Below are positions 1 through 10,570 of a stretch of DNA of 64,000 nt, one piece after another. Both the position numbers and the translations under genes were made by a program. The notes under the pieces were generated by a model. It did not search any database and was not told the origin of the DNA. It saw nothing but the letters and a program-made list of their open reading frames with translations. Origin of the DNA: Lachnospiraceae bacterium (GTDB lineage Bacteria > Bacillota > Clostridia > Lachnospirales > Lachnospiraceae); contig JAZUGT010000077.1 in NCBI GenBank assembly GCA_045641365.1, positions 26,493 to 90,492 of the forward strand, given 5' to 3'. The stretch's first letter is position 1. The number at the start of each line of letters is the position of its first letter.

Positions 1-2
1 AT

Positions 3-2234
3 CTTAAGGCATATAAGGACGTTGCAGAGTGTCTTGATGAGCTTGGTCTTGATCTTAACGTAGTTGAGGATCAGGAGGCTGATGCAGCACTTGGTAACGG
101 TGGTCTTGGACGTCTTGCAGCATGTTTCCTTGATTCCCTTGCAACACTTGGCTATGGCGCATATGGATGTGGTATCAGATACAGATACGGTATGTTCAAG
201 CAGCAGATTAAGGACGGTTATCAGATAGAAGTACCTGATAACTGGCTTGAGTATGGTAATCCATTCGAGCTTCGCAGACCAGAATATACCAAGGAAGTAA
301 GATTTGGTGGTTATATCAATTCTTATATGGATGAGAATGGTAAGCAGGTATTCAAGCATGAGGATTATCAGGCAGTTAAGGCTGTTCCATTTGATGTTCC
401 TGTTGTAGGATATGGCAATGGAATTGTTAATACATTAAGAATCTGGGATGCAGAGCCAATCGAAGTATTCCAGCTTGATTCATTTGATAAGGGTGATTAT
501 ATCAAGGCTGTAGAGCAGCAGAACCTTGCACGTAACATTGTTGAAGTTCTCTATCCTAATGATAATCATTATGCAGGTAAGGAACTTAGACTTAAGCAGC
601 AGTACTTCTTCATATCTGCGTCTGTTCAGGAAGCAGTTGCTAAGTACATGCGTACACATGATGATATTCGTAAGTTCTATGAGAAGGTTACATTCCAGCT
701 TAACGATACTCATCCAACAGTTGCAGTTCCAGAGCTTATGAGAATCCTTATGGATGAGTATGGTCTCTCATGGGATGAGGCATGGGATGTTACAACACGT
801 ACATGTGCATATACTAATCATACAATTATGGCAGAAGCACTTGAGAAGTGGCCAATCGACCTCTTCCAGAGACTTTTACCACGTGTATATCAGATTATTG
901 ATGAGATTAACAGAAGATTTATTATCGAGATCGAGAAGAAGTATCCAAGAGAGACTGGTCTTACAGATGAGAAGATTCGTAAGATGGCAGTTCTTTATGA
1001 TGGACAGGTTAAGATGGCTCATCTTGCAATTGTTGCTGGATATTCTGTTAACGGTGTTGCAAGACTTCATACAGAGATTCTTAAGAATCAGGAGCTTCGT
1101 GACTTCTATGAGATGTTCCCAGAGAAGTTCAATAACAAGACTAATGGTATTACACAGAGAAGATTCCTTCTTCATGCTAATCCACTTCTTGCTGACTGGG
1201 TTACAGCTCGTGTAGGCGATGCATGGATTACAGATCTTAAGAAGATTTCAGGTGTTAAGAGCGCAGTTAATGATAAGAAGGCAGTTGCTGAGTTCATGGA
1301 CATCAAGTATAAGAACAAGGTTAGACTCGCTGAGTATATTAAGGAGCACAACGGAATTGAGATTGATCCTAATTCAATCTATGATGTTCAGGTTAAGCGT
1401 CTTCATGAGTACAAGAGACAGCTTCTTAACATCCTCCATGTAATGCACCTTTACAATACACTTAAGGACAATCCAGGAATGGATTTCTATCCACGTACAT
1501 TTATCTTTGGTGCTAAGGCAGCCGCAGGATATAAGAATGCTAAGCTTACAATCAAGCTTATCAATTCAGTAGCAGATGTTATTAATAATGACAAGACTAT
1601 TGATGGCAAGATTAAGGTTGTATTCATTGGGAACTACAGGGTATCTAATGCAGAGATTATCTTCGCTGCAAGTGATGTATCAGAGCAGATCTCAACAGCC
1701 AGCAAGGAAGCTTCTGGAACTGGTAATATGAAGTTCATGCTTAATGGTGCTATAACACTTGGTACAATGGATGGTGCTAACGTAGAGATCGTTGAAGAAG
1801 TAGGTAAGGATAATGCAGTAATCTTCGGACTTAGCTCTGATGAGGTTATTGCTTATGAGAATAACGGTGGATACAATCCAATGGATATCTACAATTCTGA
1901 TGAAGGAATCAGAAGAGTGCTTAATCAGCTTGTAGATGGTACATATTCTCCAGATGATCATGAGAGATTCCGTACACTTTACAATTCACTTCTTAACAGA
2001 GAATCAACAGATGTAGCGGACAGATACTTCATTCTCAAGGACTTCAGATCATATGCTGAGGCTCAGAAGAAGGTTGAGGAGTTCTACAAGGATAAGGACA
2101 GATGGGCTAAGGCTGCTATTCTTAATGTAGCATGCTCTGGTAAGTTCACATCGGACAGAACTATTCAGGAGTATGTAGATGATATCTGGCATCTTGATAA
2201 GGTAAAGTTACCTAAGAGAACAAAGAAAGCATAA
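3..2234 (+). CDS. glgP: Glycogen/starch phosphorylase (5'-truncated by window edge)
   Basis: Frame is open from base 3 and reads ...DAALGNGGLGRLAACFLDS upstream of the listed ORF; also LNDTHP, KRLHEYKRQ and the PLP-site motif EASGTGNMKF. Confidence 0.97.
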   Translation, partial: LKAYKDVAECLDELGLDLNVVEDQEADAALGNGGLGRLAACFLDSLATLGYGAYGCGIRYRYGMFKQQIKDGYQIEVPDNWLEYGNPFELRRPEYTKEVRFGGYINSYMDENGKQVFKHEDYQAVKAVPFDVPVVGYGNGIVNTLRIWDAEPIEVFQLDSFDKGDYIKAVEQQNLARNIVEVLYPNDNHYAGKELRLKQQYFFISASVQEAVAKYMRTHDDIRKFYEKVTFQLNDTHPTVAVPELMRILMDEYGLSWDEAWDVTTRTCAYTNHTIMAEALEKWPIDLFQRLLPRVYQIIDEINRRFIIEIEKKYPRETGLTDEKIRKMAVLYDGQVKMAHLAIVAGYSVNGVARLHTEILKNQELRDFYEMFPEKFNNKTNGITQRRFLLHANPLLADWVTARVGDAWITDLKKISGVKSAVNDKKAVAEFMDIKYKNKVRLAEYIKEHNGIEIDPNSIYDVQVKRLHEYKRQLLNILHVMHLYNTLKDNPGMDFYPRTFIFGAKAAAGYKNAKLTIKLINSVADVINNDKTIDGKIKVVFIGNYRVSNAEIIFAASDVSEQISTASKEASGTGNMKFMLNGAITLGTMDGANVEIVEEVGKDNAVIFGLSSDEVIAYENNGGYNPMDIYNSDEGIRRVLNQLVDGTYSPDDHERFRTLYNSLLNRESTDVADRYFILKDFRSYAEAQKKVEEFYKDKDRWAKAAILNVACSGKFTSDRTIQEYVDDIWHLDKVKLPKRTKKA

Positions 2235-2246
2235 ATATCAAAGGTG

Positions 2247-2277
2247 ATATAAAGGTGCGCATTGCGCACCTTTATAT
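2247..2277 (+). terminator. Perfect 15-bp inverted repeat after glgP, likely terminator or stabilising hairpin
   Basis: ATATAAAGGTGCGCA-T-TGCGCACCTTTATAT. Confidence 0.7.
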
Positions 2278-2309
2278 TAAATTATAAATTAACAAAAAGG
2301 AGAACTGAG

Positions 2310-4598
2310 ATGATTACATTATCCAAGGGTGGTGCATATCTGTTATCTGGTACTGAGATTATCGAAGATAGCAGCGAAGCATTAGCGGCAATTAAGAGCA
2401 AGACCGGAATAGACACAACAGCCTGCGATGCAGCTAAGAATACTATTTGCTATGGTATTCTTGAGTCTCATAACACATCTGGCAATATGGATAAGCTTAA
2501 GATTAAGTTCGATAAGCTTACAAGCCATGATATTACCTTTGTAGGTATTATTCAGACAGCCAGAGCCTCAGGACTTGAGAAGTTCCCTATTCCATATGTA
2601 CTTACTAACTGTCACAATTCCCTATGTGCTGTTGGTGGAACAATTAATGAAGATGACCATATGTTTGGACTTACATGTGCTAAGAAGTATGGTGGTGTAT
2701 ATGTACCTCCTCATCAGGCAGTAATTCATCAGTTTGCAAGAGAGATGCTTGCAGGCGGTGGCAAGATGATTCTCGGTTCAGATTCACATACAAGATACGG
2801 TGCGCTTGGTACAATGGCTATGGGTGAAGGCGGCCCAGAGCTTGTAAAGCAGCTGCTTAACCAGACATATGATATTGACAGACCAGGTGTTATCGCTATT
2901 TATCTTGATGGTGAGCCTGTTAAGGGCGTAGGACCTCAGGACGTTGCAATTGCGTTAATCGGTGCAGTTTTTGCCAATGGATACGTTAAGAATAAGGTAC
3001 TTGAGTTCGTTGGACCTGGCGTAAAGAACCTCAGCGCTGACTTCAGAATTGGTGTTGATGTTATGACTACAGAGACTACATGTCTTTCAAGTATATGGCA
3101 GACAGATGAAAGAATTAAGGAATTCTACGATATACATGGAAGAAGCGAAGATTATGCAGAACTTACACCTGGAGATGTTGCTTACTATGATGGTCTTATC
3201 AAGATTAATCTGTCAGAATTAAAGCCAATGATAGCAATGCCATTCCATCCAAGCAATGCATATACAATCGAGGATGTTAATGCTAATCTCAAGGATATTC
3301 TTCATGAGGTTGAGGAGCGTGCCAAGGTTAGCTTTGGTGATGCAATTGATTATTCTCTTCAGGATAAGATTCGTAATGGCAAGTTATACGTTGATCAGGG
3401 TGTAATTGCTGGTTGTGCAGGTGGTGGATTTGAGAATATCTGTGCAGCAGCAGATATCCTTAAGGGCAAGTATATTGGTGCTGATGAGTTTACACTTAAT
3501 GTATATCCTGCTTCTACACCAATCTATATGGAACTTATGAAGAATGGCTGTGCAGCTACTCTTCTTGAGACAGGAGCTATTCTCAAGACAGCCTTCTGTG
3601 GACCTTGCTTTGGAGCTGGTGATACACCTGCTAATAATGCATTCTCTATTAGACATAGTACTCGTAACTTCCCTAACAGAGAAGGTTCTAAGGTTCAGAA
3701 TGGACAGGTTGCTTCAGTTGCACTTATGGATGCAAGATCTATTGCGGCAACAGCGGCTAATAAGGGATATCTTACTCCTGCAACAGACTTTGATGGTTCG
3801 TTTGGAGAGTATAAGTACTTCTTCGATGAGAATATCTATAAGAACAGAGTATTTGATTCTAAGGGAGTCCCTGATCCTAGTGTTGATATTAAGTTTGGTC
3901 CTAATATCAAGGATTGGCCTAAGATGTGTGAATTGCCTAACAATCTTCTCCTTAAGGTTGTATCTGAGATTCATGATCCTGTTACAACAACAGATGAGCT
4001 TATTCCATCAGGAGAGACAAGCAGCTTCCGTTCTAATCCTCTTGGCCTTGCAGAGTTTGCTCTTTCGCGTAAGGATCCAGAGTACGTAGGCAGAGCTAAG
4101 GTGCTTAGAAGCGCTCAGGAGGCTCATATGGCCGGTGAAGATGCAACTAAGGCTGTTCCAGAGCTTGCACCAGTGCTTGACGTTGTTAAGACTAAGTTCC
4201 CAGGTGCTGTAAGCGATGGTATTGGATATGGTTCAACAATCTTTGCAGTTAAGCCAGGAGACGGTTCGGCCAGAGAACAGGCTGCTTCATGCCAGAAGGT
4301 ACTTGGTGGATGGGCTAATATTGCTAACGAGTATGCTACCAAGAGATATCGTAGTAATCTTATGAACTGGGGTATGCTTCCATTCATTATCAAGGAGGGA
4401 GCACTTCCATTCGAGAATCTGGATTATCTGTTTGTTCCTGATATAAAGGCTGCGATTGAGAACAAGACAGAGGTGATTAAGGCATATGTTGTAAAGAATG
4501 GTGAGATGAAGGAATTCGATCTTACTGTTGGCGATATGACTGATGAGGAGAGAAAGATTATCCTTGCAGGATGTCTGATTAACTACAATAGAGTTTAA
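2310..4598 (+). CDS. Aconitase-family [4Fe-4S] hydratase (YbhJ-like)
   Basis: ATG 2310 follows AAGGAG; GSDSHT, IAGCAGG and CGPCFG cluster ligands, [23 protein letters not shown]. Confidence 0.9.
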   Translation: MITLSKGGAYLLSGTEIIEDSSEALAAIKSKTGIDTTACDAAKNTICYGILESHNTSGNMDKLKIKFDKLTSHDITFVGIIQTARASGLEKFPIPYVLTNCHNSLCAVGGTINEDDHMFGLTCAKKYGGVYVPPHQAVIHQFAREMLAGGGKMILGSDSHTRYGALGTMAMGEGGPELVKQLLNQTYDIDRPGVIAIYLDGEPVKGVGPQDVAIALIGAVFANGYVKNKVLEFVGPGVKNLSADFRIGVDVMTTETTCLSSIWQTDERIKEFYDIHGRSEDYAELTPGDVAYYDGLIKINLSELKPMIAMPFHPSNAYTIEDVNANLKDILHEVEERAKVSFGDAIDYSLQDKIRNGKLYVDQGVIAGCAGGGFENICAAADILKGKYIGADEFTLNVYPASTPIYMELMKNGCAATLLETGAILKTAFCGPCFGAGDTPANNAFSIRHSTRNFPNREGSKVQNGQVASVALMDARSIAATAANKGYLTPATDFDGSFGEYKYFFDENIYKNRVFDSKGVPDPSVDIKFGPNIKDWPKMCELPNNLLLKVVSEIHDPVTTTDELIPSGETSSFRSNPLGLAEFALSRKDPEYVGRAKVLRSAQEAHMAGEDATKAVPELAPVLDVVKTKFPGAVSDGIGYGSTIFAVKPGDGSAREQAASCQKVLGGWANIANEYATKRYRSNLMNWGMLPFIIKEGALPFENLDYLFVPDIKAAIENKTEVIKAYVVKNGEMKEFDLTVGDMTDEERKIILAGCLINYNRV

Positions 4599-4655
4599 GG
4601 AAGATATGCCTTAAGGTCTACGCAGTAAGAAATTACTGTAGTTTGATTAGAGAGA

Positions 4656-4685
4656 TAAAGCCGGATGATTAGTCATCCGGCTTTA
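4656..4685. terminator. Bidirectional intrinsic terminator
   Basis: TAAAGCCGGATGA-ttag-TCATCCGGCTTTA between convergent genes, followed by T-rich sequence. Confidence 0.85.
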
Positions 4686-4714
4686 AATTTTTGTTCTATT
4701 AATTATATTATGAA

Positions 4715-5842
4715 TTAATTTGCTATATCGAGATGCGATATATTGCCAACGCCTGTGCCATCCTCATACAGGAATACACCCATTTTTCTGATTGCTCCAT
4801 TAACGGAACCATTTTCCATTGAACGGATAGTATAGTCGGTGCTGGAATTGCCCAGATAGATAGCTCCTACGTTCTTTTCTTTCAGAGTATAGAGCTGACT
4901 GTCTCCATTAGAATCGACGACCCAGATCTTCAGGTCATCAAATATGGCATCGTTTTCATCTATCCACCCATTTCCGTCCTGATCATACTTTGCAAGATCA
5001 GCGAAACCATCCCCTGATTTAGTTCCAAATAGTTCTGAACCATCGTTGATAATTCCATCACGATTGTTATCTAATGCAATAAAGCCATTTCCTGCGGCAA
5101 GATTGGAGATCTCGTCCATCTCTCCGTCTGCATCAAGATCAAAGAATATCTTCTGATCGCTCAGATCAGCAACATCTCCGTCAAAGTTAATTACAAGCGG
5201 ATCACACATTGCAACTACTGAATCATATTCATTATATGCGTACTGAGTGAAAGAACGATTCATCTCGATATCCATGTTGAAGTCTATAGAGCGTCCATCT
5301 TCAGTAACTACACTTCCTTTACTGTGAAATGAAACTGCCTCTGATTCAGTATACTGATATTCTTCGTAACCGTGGAGTGATATGAAGGTTATATTGACCG
5401 ACATCATATTATTACTCTGAAGGGACATACCTTCACCGCTTGCTGGTGTCATTTCATAATCACCGAATCTGTCCTTCAGTGAATCACGGCCAAATAGTGC
5501 CTGCCATAGATATCTGATTATCTGTTGACGGAACTCGTCGACTGTATGTGCAACATCCCGGGAATGTGAAATGGTGATGCCTGGGGCACCATCAATACTC
5601 TTCATAGAGTTGAAGGCATCCATTGCTGCATCATATCCACTTCCTTCGCTTGTCATACTGTCGGAGGATGTGTTATCACCTGAATCAATCTGGTGATTCT
5701 CAGAATTGTTAAAGGTATCGCTCAGATTGGCGAATGTACCCTGGAAATCCTGTCTTTTATAAGACAGAGAAAGCTTCCGTGCCTGACTAGAACTATAAGT
5801 TCTTGCGGATTCCATTCCTACTTCATAGGAATTAATCTTCAA
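4715..5842 (-). CDS. Hypothetical protein with Dx[DN]xDG Ca-binding-like motifs, no signal peptide
   Basis: TTG start with AAAGGAG RBS; 375 aa; DPLVINFDG, FDLDADG, LDNNRDG, YDQDGNG. Confidence 0.8.
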   Translation of the reverse strand: MKINSYEVGMESARTYSSSQARKLSLSYKRQDFQGTFANLSDTFNNSENHQIDSGDNTSSDSMTSEGSGYDAAMDAFNSMKSIDGAPGITISHSRDVAHTVDEFRQQIIRYLWQALFGRDSLKDRFGDYEMTPASGEGMSLQSNNMMSVNITFISLHGYEEYQYTESEAVSFHSKGSVVTEDGRSIDFNMDIEMNRSFTQYAYNEYDSVVAMCDPLVINFDGDVADLSDQKIFFDLDADGEMDEISNLAAGNGFIALDNNRDGIINDGSELFGTKSGDGFADLAKYDQDGNGWIDENDAIFDDLKIWVVDSNGDSQLYTLKEKNVGAIYLGNSSTDYTIRSMENGSVNGAIRKMGVFLYEDGTGVGNISHLDIAN

Positions 5843-5895
5843 TAAAATGCTCCTTTCAAACTTATGAATGGCACTTATTAATTAAGCTAATATGT

Positions 5896-5903
5896 ATATC
5901 GGC
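5896..5903 (-). promoter_or_regulatory. Sigma28 (FliA/SigD) -10 element; -35 weak
   Basis: GCCGATAT on the - strand about 55 nt upstream of the start; no good TAAA at 15-nt spacing. Confidence 0.55.
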
Positions 5904-5966
5904 ATATCGCAACAAAAAACAACAGGTAATATTAAATATTTATTGCTTCAAATTGGGTGTATTTAC

Positions 5967-5995
5967 TTTCAAACAATGCCATAAACTTGTATAAT
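5967..5995 (+). promoter_or_regulatory. Putative sigmaA promoter of the ddl-murF-pyr operon
   Basis: TTTCAA-N17-TATAAT. Confidence 0.5.
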
Positions 5996-6024
5996 ATAGA
6001 TAACTATTGGATTGGAGAAGTGTT

Positions 6025-7392
6025 ATGAGATTTGTCCGGATACTCATATGCATATTGGTAGTATTTTCGCTGACAGCATGTGGTACTGCACCAGCTGCAG
6101 AACCAGCCATGGAGAATACTATAGATAATATGGGTATAGAGCCGGACTTTAATTATGTCAGAGAGCTTCAGGTATCACATATTTGTCTTGATGAAGAAGG
6201 CTATCTGCCATCGTCCAAGAAGGTATTTTATGTATATGGTGAAGACCTTCAGAATGAGTTTGGAATTCTTGATGCATCCGGTGATGAAGCCATATATTCT
6301 GGAACATTAAGCTGTCTGTCCGATCCTGAAGCTGATGGGAATAAGCTTTATGTTGGTGACTTCAGCAGCCTGTCTGAAGAAGGCGAGTATAGAATATTTC
6401 AGCCTGATGTAGGCTATTCAGATAGCTTTAGGGTTGATGCCGGTGTATACAGAAGACTATATAGGGATACACTTGATAAGATTAAGAATTATGAGTACAT
6501 AACCAACTCAGAGATGATATATCCCTTAGCTGCTATGATGACAACATCTGAGATATATAAGGGAGCTGACGTAGATGTCTCATATATCAGCAAGTGTATG
6601 GACTATCTTTACTCGCAGCAGGATGCAAGGACTGGTGGAATATATGCAGAGTATGTATCACCAGATGACCTGGAGGATTACAAGGTCAAAGCTAAGGAGT
6701 CTGGAACAGTGTTTGATCCGACCTCGTTGATATCCCTGGCGACCACAGCTCAGTATGCTGGACTAATGGCTCAGTATATTACAGATTTTCCCGATGAAGT
6801 GGGCGTTAACAGATCGTTGTATATTCAGTCTGCGTCAAGGGCATACAGCTATGTCGAGCGTTACAGGGACAGTGCTGATGCGGATTCAAGATACTATGCA
6901 GCTTGTGAATTATACAGGCTTACGGGGCAGTATAATTATCGTAACAGTATCCTGTCGGCGAACATGGAAGAGATAAGCAGGAAGGATGAGGACTATCTCA
7001 TACTGGGCAATATTGCATATCTCAATACTTCGTTTAAGACAGAATATCAGCTCTGCGAGAAGATAATGGGCGACTTCATGAAGCGAGCATCGGATATATC
7101 AATGAGCACGTCGCGTGACAGTTTCTATGTACAGAAGGACATTGCGGACTGCACGAAGAGTCAGATACTTGATAATATGATTGCGCTTGGGCTGGTAAGT
7201 TACGTGCTTTCGGGTAATGAATATGCAAGTATAGAGTACAATTATCTGCACTATCTGTGCGGTAATAATGAGGGAAGAATCAATTATCTTGCGGAGATGT
7301 CACAGAATCCGCAGGAGGATATCAGTAGTAATGCAGTATTGCTTGGCAAGATGTTATTCATTCTTGGAAGTGACTATATAGAGCAGGAATAG
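6025..7392 (+). CDS. Lipoprotein with CelD-like N-terminal Ig domain and degenerate GH9-like helical domain
   Basis: ATG after GGAG; lipobox LTAC; the segment ICLDEEGYLPSSKK...YVGDFSSL..EGEYRI resembles CelD_N; YYAACELYRLTG resembles a GH9 helix; no DAGD catalytic motif. Confidence 0.65.
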   Translation: MRFVRILICILVVFSLTACGTAPAAEPAMENTIDNMGIEPDFNYVRELQVSHICLDEEGYLPSSKKVFYVYGEDLQNEFGILDASGDEAIYSGTLSCLSDPEADGNKLYVGDFSSLSEEGEYRIFQPDVGYSDSFRVDAGVYRRLYRDTLDKIKNYEYITNSEMIYPLAAMMTTSEIYKGADVDVSYISKCMDYLYSQQDARTGGIYAEYVSPDDLEDYKVKAKESGTVFDPTSLISLATTAQYAGLMAQYITDFPDEVGVNRSLYIQSASRAYSYVERYRDSADADSRYYAACELYRLTGQYNYRNSILSANMEEISRKDEDYLILGNIAYLNTSFKTEYQLCEKIMGDFMKRASDISMSTSRDSFYVQKDIADCTKSQILDNMIALGLVSYVLSGNEYASIEYNYLHYLCGNNEGRINYLAEMSQNPQEDISSNAVLLGKMLFILGSDYIEQE

Positions 7393-7402
7393 GAGAGATT
7401 AC

Positions 7403-8428
7403 ATGAAGATTGTAGTATTGGCAGGCGGAATCAGTACAGAAAGGGACGTATCGTTAGTGAGCGGTAAGAATGTCTATGAGGCGCTTTCAGCTCTTGGTCA
7501 CAAGGCGATTCTTTTAGATGTGTACCTGGGTTATGAAGGGGATACTGATAAGGCTTTTGATGCCGACATAGACTGGACAGCTTCGATTAGCAGAATCAGT
7601 GCTGACAATCCTGATATCGAGAGCGTTAAGAAGATGAGAGATCCTAAGTATACAGGATTCTTTGGACCGGGCGTTTTGAAGCTGTGTAATGACGCGGATG
7701 TTGTTTTCATGGCTTTGCATGGTGAGAATGGCGAGAATGGAAAGATTCAGGCATGTTTTGACCTAATGGGCATCAGATATACCGGAACAGGCTGTACAAG
7801 CTCAGCAATCTGTATGAATAAGCAGATTGCCAAGGAATTGATGGCATACAATGGAATTCCGGTTGCCAAGGGCAGATACTACAGAAGAGGTGATGATACA
7901 ACCAATACAATTGGATATCCATGTGTGGTGAAGGCGTGTAGCGGTGGCTCGAGCGTGGGCGTCTATATGTGTAATGACGAGGCTGAATACACAAGTGCAA
8001 TTGATATGGCGTTTGCTCTTGATGAAGAGGTGGTTGTTGAAGAATATGTTAAGGGAAGAGAGTTCTCTGTATGTGTAATGAACGGAAAGGCTCTTCCAAT
8101 CATAGAGATAGCACCGCTTCATGGCTTCTATGACTATAAGAATAAGTATCAGGCTGGCTCGGCGGTTGAGACGTGTCCGGCTGAGATTGATGATATTAAG
8201 ACTAGAGAGATGCAGACATATGCAGAGAGAGCGTTTGTGGCACTCAGACTTCAGGGATACGCCAGAATGGACTTTCTTATGAGAGCAGACGGCTCGATGG
8301 TCTGCCTTGAAGCCAATACACTTCCTGGAATGACACAGACATCGCTTGTGCCACAGGAAGCAGCAGCAACGGGTGTTGATTTTGCAAGCCTCTGCCAGAA
8401 GATTGTTGATATGGCATTTGAGAAGTGA
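7403..8428 (+). CDS. ddl: D-alanine--D-alanine ligase
   Basis: LAGGISTERDVS, ALHGENGENG, GGSSVG, YDYKNKY, EANTLPGMT. Confidence 0.95.
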   Translation: MKIVVLAGGISTERDVSLVSGKNVYEALSALGHKAILLDVYLGYEGDTDKAFDADIDWTASISRISADNPDIESVKKMRDPKYTGFFGPGVLKLCNDADVVFMALHGENGENGKIQACFDLMGIRYTGTGCTSSAICMNKQIAKELMAYNGIPVAKGRYYRRGDDTTNTIGYPCVVKACSGGSSVGVYMCNDEAEYTSAIDMAFALDEEVVVEEYVKGREFSVCVMNGKALPIIEIAPLHGFYDYKNKYQAGSAVETCPAEIDDIKTREMQTYAERAFVALRLQGYARMDFLMRADGSMVCLEANTLPGMTQTSLVPQEAAATGVDFASLCQKIVDMAFEK

Positions 8429-8435
8429 GGAATCC

Positions 8436-9809
8436 ATGAAAAATATGACATTGGAAGACATTGCCAGAGCCTGTGATGGTAGTCTTGTATGGGGAAAAAC
8501 AGCATATACTGAGGATTGTGCAACGGGTGTTGTTATTGATTCGCGCAAGGTAATTAAGGGGACGGTATTCATTGCAACAAGAGGGGCGAGAGTCGACGGT
8601 CACTCATTTATTGAACAGGTATTTGAGATGGGAGCCCTTGGCGTAATATGTGAGAAGGCGCCAGAACGTGACTTTGGGCCATATATACTTGTTGAAGATT
8701 CATTCGAGGCACTCAAGAAGGTTGCAGGATATTATAGAGATCAGATCAAGGCTACTGTAGTGGGAATAACAGGAAGCGTTGGCAAGACAAGTACAAAGGA
8801 ATTCATTGCTTCGGTACTTGAGCAGAGCTTTAAGACATGCAAGACTCAGGGTAATTTCAATAATGAGGTTGGAATGCCGCTTACGATTCTTCAGGCTTCA
8901 GAAGATGATGAGATGCTCGTGCTGGAGATGGGAATCAATCATTTTGGTGAGATGGACAGATTAAGTGCGATATCTAGGCCTGACATTATGGTTATAACTA
9001 ATATTGGTCAGTGTCATCTTGAGTATCTTGGGGACAGAGATGGTGTGCTTAAGGCCAAGACAGAGTGCTTCAATCATATTTCAAAGAATGCAACTGTTAT
9101 ACTTAATGGCGATGATGATAAGCTTGTAACAGTAGATAGTGTAAATGATAAAAAGCCTCTTTTCTTTGGAATTGATGGCGAAAATACCTACTGTGCAAAG
9201 GATATAGAGAGTAAAGGCCTTTTGGGAACAGGTGCTATTTTATGTAGCGCAGTTACTGGTGCACACGTACAGGCAGATATTCCTTTGCCTGGAAGGCATA
9301 TGGTATATAATGCAATGGCCGCAATGGCAGTCGGTGAAGCTGTAGGGATGGATGCGGACAGTATTGCCAGAGGAATTGCAGCGGTTAAGGCTACATCAGG
9401 TCGTAGTAATATCATAGAGGGTAAGAATCTTGTAATAATAGATGACTGTTACAATGCGAATCCTGTGTCAATGAAGTCGGCTATTGAGCTGCTTTCGACG
9501 GCAACAGGACGTAAGGTGGCTATACTGGGCGACATGTTTGAGCTCGGAGACGGTGCAGAGAATATGCACGCTGAAGTTGGAGCGTACTGTGCTGAAAGAA
9601 CGGATGTTATCGTTTGCATCGGACAGATGTCAGAGCATATGTATAATGCTGTGTGCGGCGGTGATATGATTGAGAGCTATTATTTTGAAACTGTTGATGC
9701 AGCGCTAACTGAATTGCCGCAAATCCTTAAAAATGGCGATTCTGTGCTGGTTAAGGCATCTAATGGAATGAAGTTTAGTAGCATTGTGGATAATATAATT
9801 AATTTATAA
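8436..9809 (+). CDS. murF: UDP-MurNAc-tripeptide--D-Ala-D-Ala ligase
   Basis: ATG 8436 after GAGG; ITGSVGKTSTKE, GNFNNEVG, LEMG, DDCYNANP, LGDMFELG, LVKASNG. Confidence 0.95.
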   Translation: MKNMTLEDIARACDGSLVWGKTAYTEDCATGVVIDSRKVIKGTVFIATRGARVDGHSFIEQVFEMGALGVICEKAPERDFGPYILVEDSFEALKKVAGYYRDQIKATVVGITGSVGKTSTKEFIASVLEQSFKTCKTQGNFNNEVGMPLTILQASEDDEMLVLEMGINHFGEMDRLSAISRPDIMVITNIGQCHLEYLGDRDGVLKAKTECFNHISKNATVILNGDDDKLVTVDSVNDKKPLFFGIDGENTYCAKDIESKGLLGTGAILCSAVTGAHVQADIPLPGRHMVYNAMAAMAVGEAVGMDADSIARGIAAVKATSGRSNIIEGKNLVIIDDCYNANPVSMKSAIELLSTATGRKVAILGDMFELGDGAENMHAEVGAYCAERTDVIVCIGQMSEHMYNAVCGGDMIESYYFETVDAALTELPQILKNGDSVLVKASNGMKFSSIVDNIINL

Positions 9810-9835
9810 ATTAACTATTGAAAGGCGGAGAGGAT

Positions 9836-10570
9836 ATGATCAGACTAATTTTGGCAGCAATATTCGTAGTGCTTTTCCTTGTATTGGGATTGCCAATTGT
9901 TGGAGTACTTGCTATCATCGGAATTTTTGATGAGAGTAAAAGAGAGGCTATTGCAAGGCCGATTATAAGGTGGGCATTCAGAGCGATACTTTTTGTCTGT
10001 GGAACCAGGATTACGGTTATTGGTGAAGAGAATATACCAACTGAGGAGGGCGCACTTCTTGTTGGTAATCATAGAAGCATCATTGATATTCTTATCGTAT
10101 ATTCTCAGGTTAAGGCTCCATTGTGCTTTGTATCTAAGAAGGAGATGGGAAAGTTTCCTATATTTAATGTATGGATGAAGTACATTAGATGTCTGTTCCT
10201 TGATAGAAGCGATATAAAGCAGGGAATGCAGACGATTTTAAAGGCTATAGAATATGTTAAGAGCGGTACAAGTGTTTTTATTTTCCCAGAAGGAACACGC
10301 TCTAAGGTTGAAGGAGAGTTTCTTTCATTCAAGGGCGGAAGCTTTAAGGTTGCCGAGAAGAGCAAGTGTAATGTAATTCCTGTTGCAATCAACAATGCAG
10401 GTGCAATCTTCGAAGATCATAAGCCGTATATTAGAAAAACGGATGTTGTCATACGATTTGGCAAGCCAATTGTGACACAGAACTTTACAAAGGATGATTT
10501 CAAGCAGCTTCATACATTTGCGCAGGATATGGTTATGGAAATGTATGAGCAGAATAAGGAAGTATTATGA
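9836..10570 (+). CDS. plsC: 1-acyl-sn-glycerol-3-phosphate acyltransferase
   Basis: NHRSIID (HX4D), FPEGTRS, N-terminal TM segment. Confidence 0.9.
   Translation: MIRLILAAIFVVLFLVLGLPIVGVLAIIGIFDESKREAIARPIIRWAFRAILFVCGTRITVIGEENIPTEEGALLVGNHRSIIDILIVYSQVKAPLCFVSKKEMGKFPIFNVWMKYIRCLFLDRSDIKQGMQTILKAIEYVKSGTSVFIFPEGTRSKVEGEFLSFKGGSFKVAEKSKCNVIPVAINNAGAIFEDHKPYIRKTDVVIRFGKPIVTQNFTKDDFKQLHTFAQDMVMEMYEQNKEVL

Noticed and set aside
7403-8428. Van-type D-Ala-D-Lac ligase
   Set aside because: The omega loop YDYKNKY is of the D-Ala-D-Ala type, it lies next to murF, and no vanH/vanX/vanRS genes are present.
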